Of a stretch of 64,000 bases of DNA, positions 1-10,852 are shown in pieces. Where the stretch lies: contig JAPDQB010000038.1 of NCBI GenBank assembly GCA_034506175.1, positions 2,003-66,002 on the forward strand, written 5' to 3'. This stretch comes from Candidatus Zhuqueibacter tengchongensis (lineage in GTDB: Bacteria; Zhuqueibacterota; Zhuqueibacteria; Zhuqueibacterales; Zhuqueibacteraceae). The notes beneath the pieces were generated by a model, which saw only the letters and a list, made by a program, of their open reading frames with translations, searched no databases and was not told the origin of the DNA. Positions within the stretch are counted from its first letter, which is position 1. Each line of letters starts with the position of its first letter. A program made the translations under genes and the position numbers.

Positions 1-543
1 GATCAATTCTTGTATTTGCTCTGCGACGTAGCGGCGATCACGCTCAAAATCCGGATCGCCCGGCCACGACTGTGTGCCCGCGGCGCGCGTGGCCGGAATG
101 TCAAGGGTGAAAATCGGAACGTGATACATGCGCTCCCAAATCTCGGCCCACTTGATGTAGGTGTTGCAAGCGTTGGTCAGCACGGCGAGACGGGGTTTGG
201 GAATTTTACCCATCGGATGCTGCCCGCCTTTCAACTGCACCGCCACGTCGGCTTTAACGTAGCCGCAAATATCCGGCGAGTAGCCATATTCTTCCGCTGC
301 ATTGAGAAACTCTGGTGCCACTTTTCGCACGGCGGTTTGCAAGGAATTGATCTCGGGAAATACAACAGGCAGATCGAAAGTTTTGAGAATCTCATTGAGG
401 CTACCCATGACGAACACATACGCCGCGCCTTCACCGCGCTCGCTGCATTCGTTTAATTCCGTGAACCACTCGCGAAAGAGCCTGGCACCGTCGCGATTGC
501 CTCTGCCAACAATTCCGTCATTATTACTTTTTTCGGATGACAT
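1..543 (-). CDS. bcrB: Benzoyl-CoA reductase / 2-hydroxyacyl-CoA dehydratase family subunit (BcrB/BadE-like), N-terminal 181 codons; continues past the window edge
   Basis: Absent from the ORF track because it is open at the window edge. The minus strand from ATG 543-541 reads MSSEKSNNDGIVGRGNRDGARLFREWFTELNECSERGEGAAYVFVMGSLNEILKTFDLPVVFPEINSLQTAVRKVAPEFLNAAEEYGYSPDICGYVKADV... with no stop down to position 1. It is a paralog-like partner directly downstream of 638-1807 and sits in a dch/had/oah context. Confidence 0.55.
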   Translation of the reverse strand, partial: MSSEKSNNDGIVGRGNRDGARLFREWFTELNECSERGEGAAYVFVMGSLNEILKTFDLPVVFPEINSLQTAVRKVAPEFLNAAEEYGYSPDICGYVKADVAVQLKGGQHPMGKIPKPRLAVLTNACNTYIKWAEIWERMYHVPIFTLDIPATRAAGTQSWPGDPDFERDRRYVAEQIQELI

Positions 544-637
544 TGGGCCGTTCTCCCTAAAGAATTTGCCAACGGACAGCTTTTATCAGTTGGATTGTTT
601 CTATCCGTTGGGGATTTTGCTTTTAGGCAATGTGTGA

Positions 638-1807
638 TTAATCAAAGAGAATATTTTCCACAAATGTTTCCAATTGAATCCCCAGATGCTCGAAGGTCGT
701 TTGATTCTCTTCAAACTCGGTGATGAAATAAGGAATGTGCTCAGCGTCGAGCGCCTTACTGTAAGTGACCTGTTCTTCCAAGCCCGGCTCGCACATTTTG
801 GCGGCGGCGAGAATCACGGCCTCGGCGCCGGATTGCTTGACGCGGTCGAGCAGCATTTTTTCCTTGGGCTTGCGCAGATCGTGCTGCACCGGGCTGTAAG
901 ACGATTTTTCGATGTACGCTTCCGCCAAATTAAACAACGGATCGCCATTCAGCGGAACATCTTCGAGAATGTAGCGCAGCCCGATCAACAGATCGTCATC
1001 GACAACGTAACACGATTGCGCGATGGTTTGCAAGAGATCGACCGGCGGCAGCTCGCAGAAGCCGCCTTCGAACACCACGCGCATTTTGTCCTGCTTTTTC
1101 AGCGGGCGCGATTTAATCATCGGCAGAACCGCGCGCAGAAATTCGTTGTACTCCTCGCGCGGCAGAAATCCGGCGAGCGCGATCAGCACAAACGCTTCGT
1201 CCGCGGCGAGCAGCCACGGTGTTTCGCGTTTGATGGCGTACAACTCGCGCATCAGCGTGCGGCTTTCATTATAAACCGCAAGCGAACGGCATAAATCGAC
1301 ATCCGTAACTTTGCGGCCTGCAATGGTTTCGATGTCGCCTTTCAGTCTTTCATATTCATCGCGAAGATACTTGATTGAATAATGCGAATTGGGATTTTGC
1401 GGTAAATAAAGAATCTGGCATTTGTAGGAAAAGTTGCGACCCCAAATCGCCGCGAGATTGCGCGCGGCATCACAGATGGGATGCGTGACGAACATGTCGA
1501 GTTCGACCTTCTTCGTCAGCGCCAGCTCGAGCGAAGTTTTGATGATTGAGCATAAATACGAACCAAAATGCGACTCGGCTTCCATGCCCTCGACTTGCGC
1601 GCCGCAAATTTTGACCGGCAGCAACCCCGCCGCGTGCGCGATTTCTTCGGGGAAGTAGACTTGAAAATGTCCCACGACTTTGCCGCCGCTCTCGCGCCAG
1701 CGGCGAACCGTGGGATGTTCGGAATCTTCGACCATGTCGCGGCAGAGGCTCAGAATCTCTTCTAATGGCTTTTGCTCCCAACCAGTAAACAGCCGCGTTT
1801 TTTCCAT
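638..1807 (-). CDS. bcrC: Benzoyl-CoA reductase / 2-hydroxyacyl-CoA dehydratase family subunit (BcrC/BadD-like)
   Basis: 389 aa with family-typical stretches ([45 protein letters not shown]). It is the first of two adjacent paralogous subunits, and its size fits the gamma subunit. It is clustered with dch, had and oah. Confidence 0.6.
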   Translation of the reverse strand: MEKTRLFTGWEQKPLEEILSLCRDMVEDSEHPTVRRWRESGGKVVGHFQVYFPEEIAHAAGLLPVKICGAQVEGMEAESHFGSYLCSIIKTSLELALTKKVELDMFVTHPICDAARNLAAIWGRNFSYKCQILYLPQNPNSHYSIKYLRDEYERLKGDIETIAGRKVTDVDLCRSLAVYNESRTLMRELYAIKRETPWLLAADEAFVLIALAGFLPREEYNEFLRAVLPMIKSRPLKKQDKMRVVFEGGFCELPPVDLLQTIAQSCYVVDDDLLIGLRYILEDVPLNGDPLFNLAEAYIEKSSYSPVQHDLRKPKEKMLLDRVKQSGAEAVILAAAKMCEPGLEEQVTYSKALDAEHIPYFITEFEENQTTFEHLGIQLETFVENILFD

Positions 1808-1928
1808 CAGTCTCCTCGCTTAAATCAAATCATCTTGAATAGCCAAAAGACTTCTGCGGAATGACATCATCATATTTAGCGCATGACGTATTGTCTTTTT
1901 ATCTCTTTTGCTTTTTATCTTTTTTATT

Positions 1929-2651
1929 TTATATGTACTGGCCGCCATCGATTTTTATTACTTCCCCGGTAATATGCCTCGCCAACTCCGAGCAGAGAAA
2001 TAGAATCACATTCGCCACATCCTCCGGCCGGCCCAATCTTCCCAGCACGGTTTCAGCCAAAGCTTGATCTAAAATTGGTTGCGGCAGATTTTGCGTGAGC
2101 GGCGTGAGAATATATCCCGGCGCGACGGCGTTGACGTTCACGTTGTACCGGCCCAATTCCTTTGCCACGGTTTTGGTCAATCCAATCAAGCCGGCTTTTG
2201 AGGCGGCGTAATTGGCCAAACCGAATTTGCCGCGCAGCCCATTGATTGAAGAAACGTTCACGATTTTCCCGCGCCGCCTTTCGCGGAAATGCGGCGCAAG
2301 ATGATGGATAAAATTGAACGCGCCTTTCAAATTCACGGCGAGCACCGCATCCCATGCGGCTTCGGCCATTTTCCACACCGGCGCATCGCGCGAGATGCCG
2401 GCGTTGTTGATGAGGCAATCAACGTTTTTTTCCTCGGCGAGAGTGTTGTTGGTGCACTCCTGCACGGCGTTGAAATCAGACACGTCGGCCTTGATGAAAC
2501 GGCAATTGGCAAGCGCTTCTTCTGGAGGCCGCATATCAACACAAACAACGCGGCCGCCGGCTTCAATAAAGAGTTTGGCAGTAGCCAGTCCAATACCGCC
2601 GCTGCCGCCGGTGATGACGGCAACTTGATTGGTAAAATCCAGCTTCAGCAT
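1929..2651 (-). CDS. Short-chain dehydrogenase/reductase (FabG/BadH-like)
   Basis: 240 aa with the TGGSGGIG Rossmann motif, NNAG, and the catalytic YAASKAG (YxxxK) motif. Confidence 0.85.
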   Translation of the reverse strand: MLKLDFTNQVAVITGGSGGIGLATAKLFIEAGGRVVCVDMRPPEEALANCRFIKADVSDFNAVQECTNNTLAEEKNVDCLINNAGISRDAPVWKMAEAAWDAVLAVNLKGAFNFIHHLAPHFRERRRGKIVNVSSINGLRGKFGLANYAASKAGLIGLTKTVAKELGRYNVNVNAVAPGYILTPLTQNLPQPILDQALAETVLGRLGRPEDVANVILFLCSELARHITGEVIKIDGGQYI

Positions 2652-2752
2652 CGCAGTAACTTGTGTGACCCACGAAACACACGAAATACGCTAAAAAGCC
2701 GTTCGTGTATTGTCGCGTGTTTCGGGGGCAAATCAAATTTGCTTGAGCAGAA

Positions 2753-3331
2753 TTATGAAGCCTTTGCTTCCTGTTGCGCAAATCGCTGCATGAGTTTGTT
2801 CCATCCCATGAGCGGGGCCGTCAGTTTAAACCATCCCATCATGAGTTTTTCCAAGGCCTTCAAGCCGCCGCGCACGGTGCTGAATTCCTTGTAGCCCAGG
2901 CCGTTGCTGATGTGCATGGCTTTGAAGACCGCGGGCATGCCCTCGATCTTTTCGCTTTTGAGGAACAGCATGATTTGAAAAAATTTCGCCTGATCTGCCG
3001 CGGGCGTGAACCAAACGCGGCAGCGCAAATCCGTCGCGTTTTTGTTGGCAGGGCTGTGCGGCGTCATGCGCGGTACCGTGATGGTCTCACCCGCGCGCGC
3101 GGTGATGGTTTTGCCGGCGAGCTTGAGCGTGACTTCGCCGGCGAGCACCTCAAAGTGCTCGACGCAATCCTTGTGCAGATGTTCCGGCACTGCGCCGCCG
3201 GGCTGCATCGTCCACAGGAACTCGCAGGCATTTTCTGATAAAACGAGAGGCTGAAAGATTTCTTTTCCCCAGCCGATGCTGGGATAGGCTGTTGATGACG
3301 GCATGTGTTTGTCCTTCAAAATAACGTTCAT
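2753..3331 (-). CDS. Cupin-domain protein
   Basis: Cupin-like core (GGAVPEHLHKDCVEHFEVLAGEVTLKLAGKTITARAGETITVPRMTPHS). I trimmed the track ORF (to 3574) to the ATG at 3331, because the longer form overlaps the upstream membrane-protein gene. Confidence 0.6.
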   Translation of the reverse strand: MNVILKDKHMPSSTAYPSIGWGKEIFQPLVLSENACEFLWTMQPGGAVPEHLHKDCVEHFEVLAGEVTLKLAGKTITARAGETITVPRMTPHSPANKNATDLRCRVWFTPAADQAKFFQIMLFLKSEKIEGMPAVFKAMHISNGLGYKEFSTVRGGLKALEKLMMGWFKLTAPLMGWNKLMQRFAQQEAKAS

Positions 3332-3357
3332 GACACGGATGTTCTTTCGCTTCGCAC

Positions 3358-4053
3358 TCACAACGTTGCCGCTTTTCTCCACAACACCACCCCCAGCCAA
3401 GCCGCCCACACTGGCGCGAAGAAAAGATAAAAATTCAGGCCCGCGCCCGAGAGCGCCGCGCTTTGCAGAATGTAACCGATCACGTCCGCCACGCTGGCAA
3501 TGCCGAGCAGCAAAGTGAACATGCCCAGCCAGCGATATTCGGATCGCAGCAGCCAGCCCGTGCCGAGAAACCAAACCGCGGCCAGCGTCATGGTGAAAAT
3601 ATTCCAGACGCCGCTCATCACCTCGTTGTTGAGATTAGCGAACACCTGTGTCACCACGGCTTTTTGCGCAGCCTCGCCGGCCGCGTAGGCCGCGTACAAC
3701 GGCACAGTGGCGCCAGCAAGCATGGCCGCGCCGGTAGCGCCGATGAGAATGTAGCCGAGGCCGCAGAGCGTGAACAACTGGCTGTGGAGCTTGGCAGTGG
3801 TTGAGAACCAGTGGTGAAGTGCAAACGCCAAGGGCACGACCGGCAAATAATACCCGAAGATATCGAGTATCCATCCCCAGCGCAGCGTCGCCGAGGGATC
3901 GGGTTGAAAGGCGATGGCCTTCACCGGATCGAAAGCCGTTTCAAAATCCCAATTAAAGGCGGTAAAAATGAGCAAGATGCTCGCCAGCGCCACCGGGCAG
4001 GAGAGCATGGCAACGAGTCCCGCCATTTTGAAAAAAGAAGCTTCTTTTTTCAT
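3358..4053 (-). CDS. Integral membrane protein, function unknown
   Basis: 231 aa with about six hydrophobic segments. The reverse complement of 4054-4071 reads AACTGAGGAGAAAGGAAC immediately upstream of the ATG, which contains a GGAG-type ribosome-binding site. The gene is embedded in the benzoyl-CoA cluster. Confidence 0.6.
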   Translation of the reverse strand: MKKEASFFKMAGLVAMLSCPVALASILLIFTAFNWDFETAFDPVKAIAFQPDPSATLRWGWILDIFGYYLPVVPLAFALHHWFSTTAKLHSQLFTLCGLGYILIGATGAAMLAGATVPLYAAYAAGEAAQKAVVTQVFANLNNEVMSGVWNIFTMTLAAVWFLGTGWLLRSEYRWLGMFTLLLGIASVADVIGYILQSAALSGAGLNFYLFFAPVWAAWLGVVLWRKAATL

Positions 4054-4158
4054 GTTCCTTTCTCCTCAGTTTTGGGTGGTTAAAAAAACTACTAATGATT
4101 GTAAAAATCCAGCCAATTGAGCTTCGAGTGCAAAACTTTAGTTTTGCTTCATTCGGGT

Positions 4159-4944
4159 CTACTGGTTTTTCCAAGCCGGCTTGCGTTTTTCCATGAATGC
4201 CTTGATGCCCTCGTTGGCATCGGCGGTTTCCATCAATTCCTGCACGTACATCTTTTCCAGTGTATCAATATTTTTTAGAAAGGCAAGATGCATTTCGTGA
4301 CGCGAGGCGCGCGCGGCAAATTGCAGCGCGACGGCGCTTTTCGGCAAAATGTGTTTGGCGAGAAATTCATCCAGCGCGGCCTGCGGATCGGCGGAAACGA
4401 AATGGACCACTCCCATCTGTTTCGCTTCCTGCGCCGTGAGGGAGCGGCCGCTGAGTACTAAATCATCGGCGGCTGATTGCCCAATGAGATATGGCAGGAT
4501 GAGAGAAGCAACGGGCGGAAAAACGGCGAGGTTGATTTCCGGCTGGCCGAATTGGGCATCTTCGGAAGCGAAAATCCAATGGCAAAACATCGCCAATTCA
4601 AACCCGCCGCCGAGGCATTGGCCGCGCACCAGAGCAATGCACGGCTTATTGACGGCGATGAGCGTGCGAAACAAATCATGAAACGTCGCCAGCATGTACG
4701 GCGCAAATTCTTTTTGATGCTCCGGCACGCTGGCGCCGAATGAGAAGTGATCGCTCGCGCCTTGAAACACGAGTGCTTTGAGCGAGGGCGCGCTGCCGTT
4801 CGCTTTGATGGCTGTCATCAGCTCCGTCATCATCTCGCGATCGAGGACATTGCCTTTGGGGGCGTTGAGGGTGAGTGTGAGAATTTGATTTTCGTGAGAG
4901 AAGTCTGATTTGATTTTTTTGAATTCTGCCATAAATTTTTTCAA
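4159..4944 (-). CDS. dch: Enoyl-CoA hydratase (crotonase) family; likely cyclohexa-1,5-diene-1-carbonyl-CoA hydratase
   Basis: 261 aa with a crotonase fold signature (FSFGASVPEH, GQCLGGGFELAMFCH). It is adjacent to oah and had. Confidence 0.75.
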   Translation of the reverse strand: MKKFMAEFKKIKSDFSHENQILTLTLNAPKGNVLDREMMTELMTAIKANGSAPSLKALVFQGASDHFSFGASVPEHQKEFAPYMLATFHDLFRTLIAVNKPCIALVRGQCLGGGFELAMFCHWIFASEDAQFGQPEINLAVFPPVASLILPYLIGQSAADDLVLSGRSLTAQEAKQMGVVHFVSADPQAALDEFLAKHILPKSAVALQFAARASRHEMHLAFLKNIDTLEKMYVQELMETADANEGIKAFMEKRKPAWKNQ

Positions 4945-5052
4945 TGCGGATGAACCGGAACCAAAAGGAAAACCTCCAACTGATAGAAGAACCCAACCGT
5001 TAAAACTTTATCCGCGCCTCTGAAGGGGCTACTACGAAACGCTACTACAAAA

Positions 5053-6144
5053 CTATTTCCGCGGTGGCATGATCGCTTCAATCAGCTCGTCGCTCCAGCG
5101 CTGGCCTTGCGCGAGCAGTTGCCGCAGCTTGATGAAATCCACTTCGCGATGGCCTTTGGCGCCTTCATTGAACGCCTTGAAACCGGCGCGGCCTTCGGTG
5201 AGCATGTTCATGCTCAGCCACGCGCGGTTGCTCTCGCGGTTGCGATCCCAATGCGCCAGCTTGTGTTTGCGCACGGACTCAATCGTCTTCGTCAAGCATC
5301 CCGGCACGGTCATCATGAGCGAGGTGCAAAGCCGATTGACGGCTTGATCGAGCAGCGAGAGATCATACTCACATTGGCTGATTAACTCTTTTGCTTTCTG
5401 CTTTTCCTCGCCGGTGCGCAATTCGCCAAAAATAATTTTGCCGGTCTCGTCGATCCAGCGGTCGGTGATCACGAGTGGGTTCGAGATGAATTTGCCGTCT
5501 TTTTTCAACACCGGCGCAATCTCGGTGAGCAGACCGAGGCGATAGGCCTTGTGCGCGCTCCAATGCTCGCACAGCGTGCAACTCAACATCGCATTTTCAA
5601 TTCCCACAAAGAGCGGAAGAAAATCCGTGGAGCCGCCATCCGGCGCCGAGCCGTGTTTCGGACCCGCTTGGCCGAACATGGCCATGTCGCTCGCAATCGA
5701 GAAATCGCAGGCCATGCCGATCTCCTGTCCGCCGGCGATGCGCATGCCGTTGACCCGGCAGATCACCGGCTTGTCGCAGTGCAGAATCGCGGTGACCATG
5801 TCGTTGAACAGCCGCATGTACTGGCGATATTCCTCCGGCTGGCCGCCATAATATTCGGCGTATTCTTTCGTGTTGCCGCCGGTGCAAAACGCCTGATGCC
5901 CGACGCCGGTGAAAACCACGGCCACAACGTTGCGCGCATTCGAGGCGGTGCGAAACGCGAGAATGACTTCCTTCACCATTTGCGTGGTATAGGAGTTGAG
6001 CTGTTCGGGATTGTTCAAAATGATCCAAGCATTGTACAAGCCTTCGACCGGTTTGCCTTGTTGATCGAGGCACGGCCGCAATTCATAATTGACTTGGGTA
6101 AATTTGAAATCGGGGAGGAGGTTGTGGTCTTTGAAGGTTGACAT
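5053..6144 (-). CDS. oah: 6-oxocyclohex-1-ene-1-carbonyl-CoA hydrolase (ring-cleaving; Oah/BamA)
   Basis: 363 aa. It is an extended crotonase with the typical Oah/BamA length and motifs (FCTGGNTKEYAEYY, VNGMRIAGGQEIGMACDF). A GGAG ribosome-binding site lies 9 nt upstream of the ATG. Confidence 0.85.
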   Translation of the reverse strand: MSTFKDHNLLPDFKFTQVNYELRPCLDQQGKPVEGLYNAWIILNNPEQLNSYTTQMVKEVILAFRTASNARNVVAVVFTGVGHQAFCTGGNTKEYAEYYGGQPEEYRQYMRLFNDMVTAILHCDKPVICRVNGMRIAGGQEIGMACDFSIASDMAMFGQAGPKHGSAPDGGSTDFLPLFVGIENAMLSCTLCEHWSAHKAYRLGLLTEIAPVLKKDGKFISNPLVITDRWIDETGKIIFGELRTGEEKQKAKELISQCEYDLSLLDQAVNRLCTSLMMTVPGCLTKTIESVRKHKLAHWDRNRESNRAWLSMNMLTEGRAGFKAFNEGAKGHREVDFIKLRQLLAQGQRWSDELIEAIMPPRK

Positions 6145-6205
6145 GCTTTGCTCCTTTTTCAGTGGATAGTAACCAGTGACCAGTTATCAGTCCACTGATT
6201 ACTGG

Positions 6206-7291
6206 TTACTGAAAATCCGGCACCAGCACCGGACGTTTATCCAACTCGCGGCGATGCACACGTTCGAAAACAGAGTTGATCTCGCTCAACGGAAACGTTT
6301 GCACGAACGGCGCCAATTGAATTTTCCCCTGCTGAACGAGCGCCAGCACTTCGGGATAATATTTGGGATCGCAGCCCCAATTGCCGAGGGCGCGCGCGTC
6401 AAACGCCATGAGATTGCTGAGGCGCAGCTCGAGCGTGTCCATCGTGAAGCCCACCACGCTCAACGTTGCGCCATGTGTGAGCAAGCCGAACGCCAACTCC
6501 TGTCCGGCTTTCGTGCCCGAGGTTTCAAAAATTTTCCATTCATAGGGTGATAGCGATTTTTCTTTGACAAAATTTTGGAGAGATTGGCGGATGGCTTTTT
6601 TGTCCAGCGCTTGCGGATTCAACGTGAGATCAGCGCCGTATTGCGAGAGAAGAGTAAGCTTGCGATCATCAATGTCAATAGCGACTACCGTCGCGCCGAG
6701 GGCTTTGGCGATTTGCACGCCGAAGCCGCCAATGCCACCCCCGCCGATGAAGATCGCGAAATCGTCTTTGGCGAGCCCGGAATTTTTGATCGCCTGATAG
6801 GGCGTGGTGACGGCATCGGCGACGACGGCAAGCTCGCGCAAGGTCACGCCGGAATTGCCGAAGGGAGAGGATTCGTCTGGCACAGAGACTTCACACAAGA
6901 ATCGCGCCGGCACGATAACGTGACTGGCAAAGCCGCCGTCAATGTGATTGCCCGGCATTTTTTGCTGGCGACAAATCGTGCCGCGACCTTTGCGGCAAAG
7001 GTCGCATTCGCCGCAGGGCAAAACCGCGGGCACGATGACGGCTTTGCCGAGCAATTTTCGAAAATTGGCGCCGGCCTCTTCGACGATGCCGCTGATTTCG
7101 TGGCCCAGCGTGAGGGGAGGAGGTTTGGCGGTGCGAATGCCTTCGTAAAAAAATCCGAGATCCGTGTGACAGACGCCGCAGCCGACAACACGAACCAACG
7201 CTTCGTCTTGGGCAGGAGAATTCATCGGAAGCTTGGCAGGAGACATGGGCCGGCTGACTTGGGTCATCTGCCAGCATGAAATTTCGCGCAT
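6206..7291 (-). CDS. had: Zn-dependent alcohol dehydrogenase family; likely 6-hydroxycyclohex-1-ene-1-carbonyl-CoA dehydrogenase
   Basis: 361 aa with GCGVCHTDLGFFYEG, structural-zinc cysteines (CGECDLCRKG) and a GGGGIGGFGVQ NAD-binding loop. It lies immediately upstream of oah. Confidence 0.8.
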   Translation of the reverse strand: MREISCWQMTQVSRPMSPAKLPMNSPAQDEALVRVVGCGVCHTDLGFFYEGIRTAKPPPLTLGHEISGIVEEAGANFRKLLGKAVIVPAVLPCGECDLCRKGRGTICRQQKMPGNHIDGGFASHVIVPARFLCEVSVPDESSPFGNSGVTLRELAVVADAVTTPYQAIKNSGLAKDDFAIFIGGGGIGGFGVQIAKALGATVVAIDIDDRKLTLLSQYGADLTLNPQALDKKAIRQSLQNFVKEKSLSPYEWKIFETSGTKAGQELAFGLLTHGATLSVVGFTMDTLELRLSNLMAFDARALGNWGCDPKYYPEVLALVQQGKIQLAPFVQTFPLSEINSVFERVHRRELDKRPVLVPDFQ

Positions 7292-7445
7292 GGCTGCTTT
7301 TTGGGCTAAACAATAAAAAAGGACTTATTTGCCTGTTTTATAATTTATACTCTTTTTTGAAATTGCAAAGAAAAATTTCACCGGGGGGAGCAAATTTTTA
7401 TCGAGGGACAAAACACAAATTCGGCTGTTGCAATCAGGCGGAGGA

Positions 7446-8135
7446 TTATCTCATCTGAGGAGAGTCATGAACATCGTTCTTGCCAAGATGATGCTTGACG
7501 CTTCTGGCCTCGATCATAAAAACCACTTCTTCGGCGATGTTGGTTGACAAATCCGCCACGCGCTCGAGATTTTTGGCAATGATGATCAAATGAATGGCGC
7601 GGGAAATCGTGCGGGAATCATTTGCCATGTAGGTGATCAGCTCGCGCAGCACCTGATCTTCGAGCGCATCCACCTCATCGTCGCTGCGGCAGAGATTGAT
7701 CGCTTGCTGCACGTCGCCGTGCACGAAGGCGTCAATGGCGGATTTCACCATGCCCTGCGCCAGCGTCGCCATGCGGGGAATGTCGAGGAGCGGCTTCAAT
7801 TCCGGCTCTTTGAGCAATTCCTGGGTGTGTTGCGCGATGTTAACGGCATGATCGCCGATACGCTCCAAATCCTTGTCGATTCGCATGGCGGAGGCGATGA
7901 ACCGCAAATCTTTGGCCAGCGGTTGAATACGGGCGATCAGGTCGACGCACAGATCGTCAATTTTTATTTCGAGCTGATTGAGTTGATGGTCTTCGTCGAT
8001 GACTTTTTGCGCCAGCTTGGCGTCGCGATTTTTCAGCGCCGTGATGGAAAACTCCACGGCCTTTTCGGCCAATGAAGCCATGTACAGAAGCTCGGTGCGC
8101 AGCTCGGCCAATTCATCTTCAAAATGACGGTGCAT
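7446..8135 (-). CDS. phoU: Phosphate transport system regulator PhoU
   Basis: 229 aa, a duplicated PhoU domain with the typical E(D)xxxD motifs (IDKDLERIGDHAVNIA and AKNLERVADLSTNIA). It follows pstB. Confidence 0.92.
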   Translation of the reverse strand: MHRHFEDELAELRTELLYMASLAEKAVEFSITALKNRDAKLAQKVIDEDHQLNQLEIKIDDLCVDLIARIQPLAKDLRFIASAMRIDKDLERIGDHAVNIAQHTQELLKEPELKPLLDIPRMATLAQGMVKSAIDAFVHGDVQQAINLCRSDDEVDALEDQVLRELITYMANDSRTISRAIHLIIIAKNLERVADLSTNIAEEVVFMIEARSVKHHLGKNDVHDSPQMR

Positions 8136-8237
8136 GACTTATCATTTCTCCTTGTCTTGCGACAATTATGTCGCGCTGCCATTTTAATGCAACTATCCAT
8201 CTCGCTCAACCAGGGCAACATGAATGTTGCGGTACAA

Positions 8238-9122
<885 letters not shown>

Positions 9123-9154
9123 GAGTTTTCTCCTTACTCGTTACGTATTACGCA

Positions 9155-10795
9155 TTAGAACTGTCCCATCGCAAAACGCCGGCGCAGGCGGTTGCGCAAA
9201 AAAATCGCCGTCAAATTCAGCACCAGCACGATCAAAATCAACAACAGCGTGGTGGCATAAACCATCGGCAAAGAGGCTTCGACGTTCGGCGATTGAAATC
9301 CAACGTCATAAATGTGGAAGCCGAGGTGCATGAATTTTCGCTCGAGATGCAGATACGGAAAATGGCCGTCCAGCGGCAGCGAGGGCGCCAGCTTGACGAC
9401 GCCGGTGATCATCAACGGCGCGACTTCACCGGCGGCGCGCGCCATCGCCAAAATCAACCCGGTCAAAATCGCTGGTGAGGCGCTCGGAATCAAGACGCGC
9501 CACAAGGTCTCGAATTTGGTTGCGCCCAAGCCCAGCGAGGCTTCGCGCATCGCGGTCGGCACCGCGGCCAAACCTTCTTCGGTGGTGACGATGACGACGG
9601 GAACGGTGAGCAGCGCCAGGGTCAGTGCCGCCCAGAAGATGCCGCCGGTGCCGTAGGTCGGTGTGGGCAGCGCTTCCGGATAAAAAAATTTGTCGATCGT
9701 GCCGCCGATGGCATAGACAAAAAATCCGAGGCCGAAAATCCCGAAGACAATCGACGGCACGCCGGCAAGATTATTAACGGCGATTCGCAGCGTCCGCACA
9801 AACGGCCCTTGTTTGGCGTATTCGCGCATGTAAATCGCGGTCAACACGCCCAGTGGCACAACGGCGACGCTCATGATGAACACCATCAACACGGTGCCGA
9901 AAATTGCCGGAGCGACGCCGCCTTCCATGTTCGCTTCGCGCGGCTCGCTGGTGAGAAATTCCCACATGCGTGCGAGATAGAGACCGGCCTTGTCAAGCCC
10001 CGACATTTGATTGGGCTGAAAGGCGCGGACGATTTCGAGCAATGTTATGGTTTTGGCGCGGCCATCAACGGTTTGAATCGTCAACTGATATGCTTCGCCC
10101 TTTTCGCGCAAGCTCTCCAGTTGTTTTTCGTTTTGATCGTATTGCTTTTGCAGCGCCGAAATTTCCGCTTCAAATTTTTGCTTTTGCGAAGCCGGGCCGG
10201 CATCAACGTTCTGCCGCAAGCTCAATCTTCTGATCGCCAGGCGCCGTTTTTCGATTTCGTGGTTGATATCGCCGATCACTTTTTTTTCGATGTGCGTGAT
10301 TTGCTGCAAGAGCCGGCCGGTTTCTTGCAGTAATTTCGGCAGGGCCGCGGCGATTTGCCCGGCGCCTCGCGCGATGGTTTCGTCGGCGAGCGCCAGTTCG
10401 GTGGCATAGCCGAAGAAATTTCCCCAGGCTTGGCGCTCAAAAACGAAAACGGAATCCGGAAATCTTCGCGCCTCGATTTCAGCTTCGTTGATCCAGCGAA
10501 AATCCAAACCGTAAAAATCACGGTTGCCGATTTTGAGGCGAATTCGCGCGGCCGGTGCATCCGCGCCGGCGCCGGGAATGCGCTCGCGATTCCAAATTTC
10601 GCCCAGAACTTTGCTGCCGTCTTTCAGTGTCAGCTCTTCCAGCCTTGCAGGCCAGAAAATGCCCAGGCCGTTTGTGAGAATCAGCGCGATCAAGCCGCCG
10701 ATCATCAGCAGGCCGATGCCGGCGGCCATGCCGGTGAGCCAAATGAAGGCGTTGCCGCTTTTCCAAAAAGATTTCATTGCTTGAGTAGTAAGCAC
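9155..10795 (-). CDS. pstA: Phosphate ABC transporter permease PstA (long form with periplasmic/coiled-coil insertion)
   Basis: 546 aa. The C-terminal half is a typical PstA permease (EASLGLGATKFETLWRVLIP). A roughly 250-aa insertion follows the first transmembrane segment. Confidence 0.85.
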   Translation of the reverse strand: MLTTQAMKSFWKSGNAFIWLTGMAAGIGLLMIGGLIALILTNGLGIFWPARLEELTLKDGSKVLGEIWNRERIPGAGADAPAARIRLKIGNRDFYGLDFRWINEAEIEARRFPDSVFVFERQAWGNFFGYATELALADETIARGAGQIAAALPKLLQETGRLLQQITHIEKKVIGDINHEIEKRRLAIRRLSLRQNVDAGPASQKQKFEAEISALQKQYDQNEKQLESLREKGEAYQLTIQTVDGRAKTITLLEIVRAFQPNQMSGLDKAGLYLARMWEFLTSEPREANMEGGVAPAIFGTVLMVFIMSVAVVPLGVLTAIYMREYAKQGPFVRTLRIAVNNLAGVPSIVFGIFGLGFFVYAIGGTIDKFFYPEALPTPTYGTGGIFWAALTLALLTVPVVIVTTEEGLAAVPTAMREASLGLGATKFETLWRVLIPSASPAILTGLILAMARAAGEVAPLMITGVVKLAPSLPLDGHFPYLHLERKFMHLGFHIYDVGFQSPNVEASLPMVYATTLLLILIVLVLNLTAIFLRNRLRRRFAMGQF

Positions 10796-10852
10796 GTTAC
10801 ACGTTACACGTTTAACGTGTAACGTGTAACGTGCTTAAGACAAATTAATGTG

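Noticed and set aside
4130-4147. GCAAAACT-TT-AGTTTTGC palindrome downstream of dch, considered as a terminator
   Set aside because: No T-tract follows on either strand, and the next gene (the membrane protein) continues on the same strand 77 nt later. It may be a minor stem-loop but is not a convincing terminator.
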